Origin: Flavobacteriales bacterium
Lineage (GTDB): Bacteria; Bacteroidota; Bacteroidia; Flavobacteriales_D; Crocinitomicaceae
Length of the DNA: 64,000 nucleotides
NCBI GenBank assembly: GCA_046070685.1
Contig: JBJTMU010000010.1
Location: 18,480 to 82,479, forward strand
Reading direction: 5' to 3'
The notes below the pieces were generated by a model that saw nothing but the letters and a program-made list of their open reading frames with translations, made no database searches and had not been told where the DNA came from. Position 1 is the first letter of the stretch; every line of letters begins with the position of its first letter. Of the stretch, positions 63,152 to 64,000 are shown one piece after another. Made by a program: the position numbers and the translations under genes.

Positions 63152-64000
63152 GTGCTGGAATTCCTTCTTTTAGCCAAATTGGCGCTGGTTTTCCTTGTAA
63201 ATAATGATCAAAAAACTGACGCATTCGGATACTTAAATCCATCTTATAAGGCAACTTGGTCAAATTATGGTCATCATCGTTGTAATTCAGCATCCAACAA
63301 GGTTTACCAAGCCTCCTCATTCCGTTATAAAGTTCCAATCCTTGATACCACGGAACGGCACCATCTCGGTCGTTTGACATAATTAAAAGAGGCGTTGTTA
63401 CATTCGGTAAATGGAATAATGGCGAATTCTCTATGTACAATTCTGGCGCTTCCCAAATGGTTTTTCCAATGCGACTTTGTGTAGATTCATATTGAAATTG
63501 TCTGTTTAATCCGGATCCCCAACGAATGCCTCCATAAGCAGAAATCATGTTTCCAACTGGAGCTCCAGCCATCGCCGCAGCATATCTTTTCGTCATTGTC
63601 ACCAATTGTGCAGTTTGATATCCACCCCAACTTTGTCCTTGCAATCCCATACGAGTCGAATCTACAGGGAAATGTTTGATGAGGTGATCGCTTGCACTCA
63701 TGATACAATTGTATGCCGATTTGGCAGGATGACCAATTTCATATCGAATATCTGGAATAAATACCAGGTAACCAGCCGATGCATATTCCGTTGGATTAAT
63801 CGTACTCGCAGAAGGACGTGGACTCTGGTAATTGTGTAAATTGTCTGAATTCAATTCGTAGTAGTACAATAAAAGTGGGTACTTTTTTGAAGGATCGTAA
63901 TTTTCAGGCTTGTAAAGAATTCCTTCGAGGTTTTGACCATCATACGTTTTCCATTTAACGATTTCACTCGTTGCCCAATTGTAATCCATTTGTTGTGGAT
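63114..64000 (-). CDS. S9-family prolyl oligopeptidase/dipeptidyl peptidase, C-terminal catalytic domain (gene continues beyond the right edge)
   Basis: Nucleophile GLQGQSWGGYQ (GxSxGG), then SNDRDGAV (Asp) and DDDHNL (His). The frame stays open upstream of the track ATG to position 64000, and the N-terminal propeller domain is missing. Confidence 0.8.
   Translation of the reverse strand, partial: PQQMDYNWATSEIVKWKTYDGQNLEGILYKPENYDPSKKYPLLLYYYELNSDNLHNYQSPRPSASTINPTEYASAGYLVFIPDIRYEIGHPAKSAYNCIMSASDHLIKHFPVDSTRMGLQGQSWGGYQTAQLVTMTKRYAAAMAGAPVGNMISAYGGIRWGSGLNRQFQYESTQSRIGKTIWEAPELYIENSPLFHLPNVTTPLLIMSNDRDGAVPWYQGLELYNGMRRLGKPCWMLNYNDDDHNLTKLPYKMDLSIRMRQFFDHYLQGKPAPIWLKEGIPALEKGQKFGYETE

Noticed and set aside
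129-63839. Roughly 70 short ORFs (60-165 aa) in the supplied track lie antisense to, or out of frame within, the long CDSs. Examples are 129-320, 432-776, 893-1249, 2260-2577, 10690-11004, 14951-15337, 16534-16878, 23604-24098, 29057-29356, 43349-43702, 50209-50490 and 62295-62567.
   Set aside because: Each is fully embedded in a much longer ORF with clear family motifs. They have odd compositions, such as Ser/Pro- or His-rich mirror images of Asp/Gly repeats, and no recognisable motifs, signal peptides or promoter boxes. I treat them as shadow ORFs.

Overview
The window looks like a chromosomal segment of a Bacteroidota genome, probably Flavobacteriia-like. The reasons are four proteins with type-A T9SS C-terminal sorting domains, the T9SS translocon gene sprA, exact TAnnTTTG (-7 type) promoter motifs and no obvious Shine-Dalgarno use. 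About 45 genes are present and all but six lie on the minus strand. Housekeeping content: exbB-exbD-exbD, tRNA-Cys, xseA, rnhB, 5-formyl-THF cyclo-ligase, a PpiD-like PPIase, glyQS, ruvA, maeB, sucAB, etfBA, menA, a rhomboid protease, VanZ and a partial S9 peptidase. I saw no transposase, integrase, CRISPR array or rRNA. Five regions deserve a second look. (1) 34865-39236 is a six-gene operon: ECF sigma, a small anti-sigma candidate, a Spy-like protein, MbnP-like, a di-haem MbnH-like peroxidase and a T9SS-exported YHYH protein. It may be a sigma-controlled copper-handling pathway reaching from the cell surface to the periplasm. (2) 25177-31089 encodes a 1970-aa protein with an N-terminal beta-barrel-like domain, 17 cysteine-bracketed repeats of about 91 aa and a disordered basic tail. 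It has no T9SS sorting domain and is preceded by a small YD-repeat protein. (3) 2048-5931 is an operon of a FadL-type channel, an SGNH-fold lipoprotein that seems to lack its catalytic Ser and His, and a T9SS esterase. (4) 10008-15648 pairs a TonB-dependent receptor with a T9SS-exported beta-helix/PKD protein. (5) 34471-34864 is a 389-bp gap between convergent genes with an orphan minus-strand terminator, a long interrupted inverted repeat and three phased 21-bp repeats. All protein calls rest on motif recognition by eye; no database or HMM search was run.
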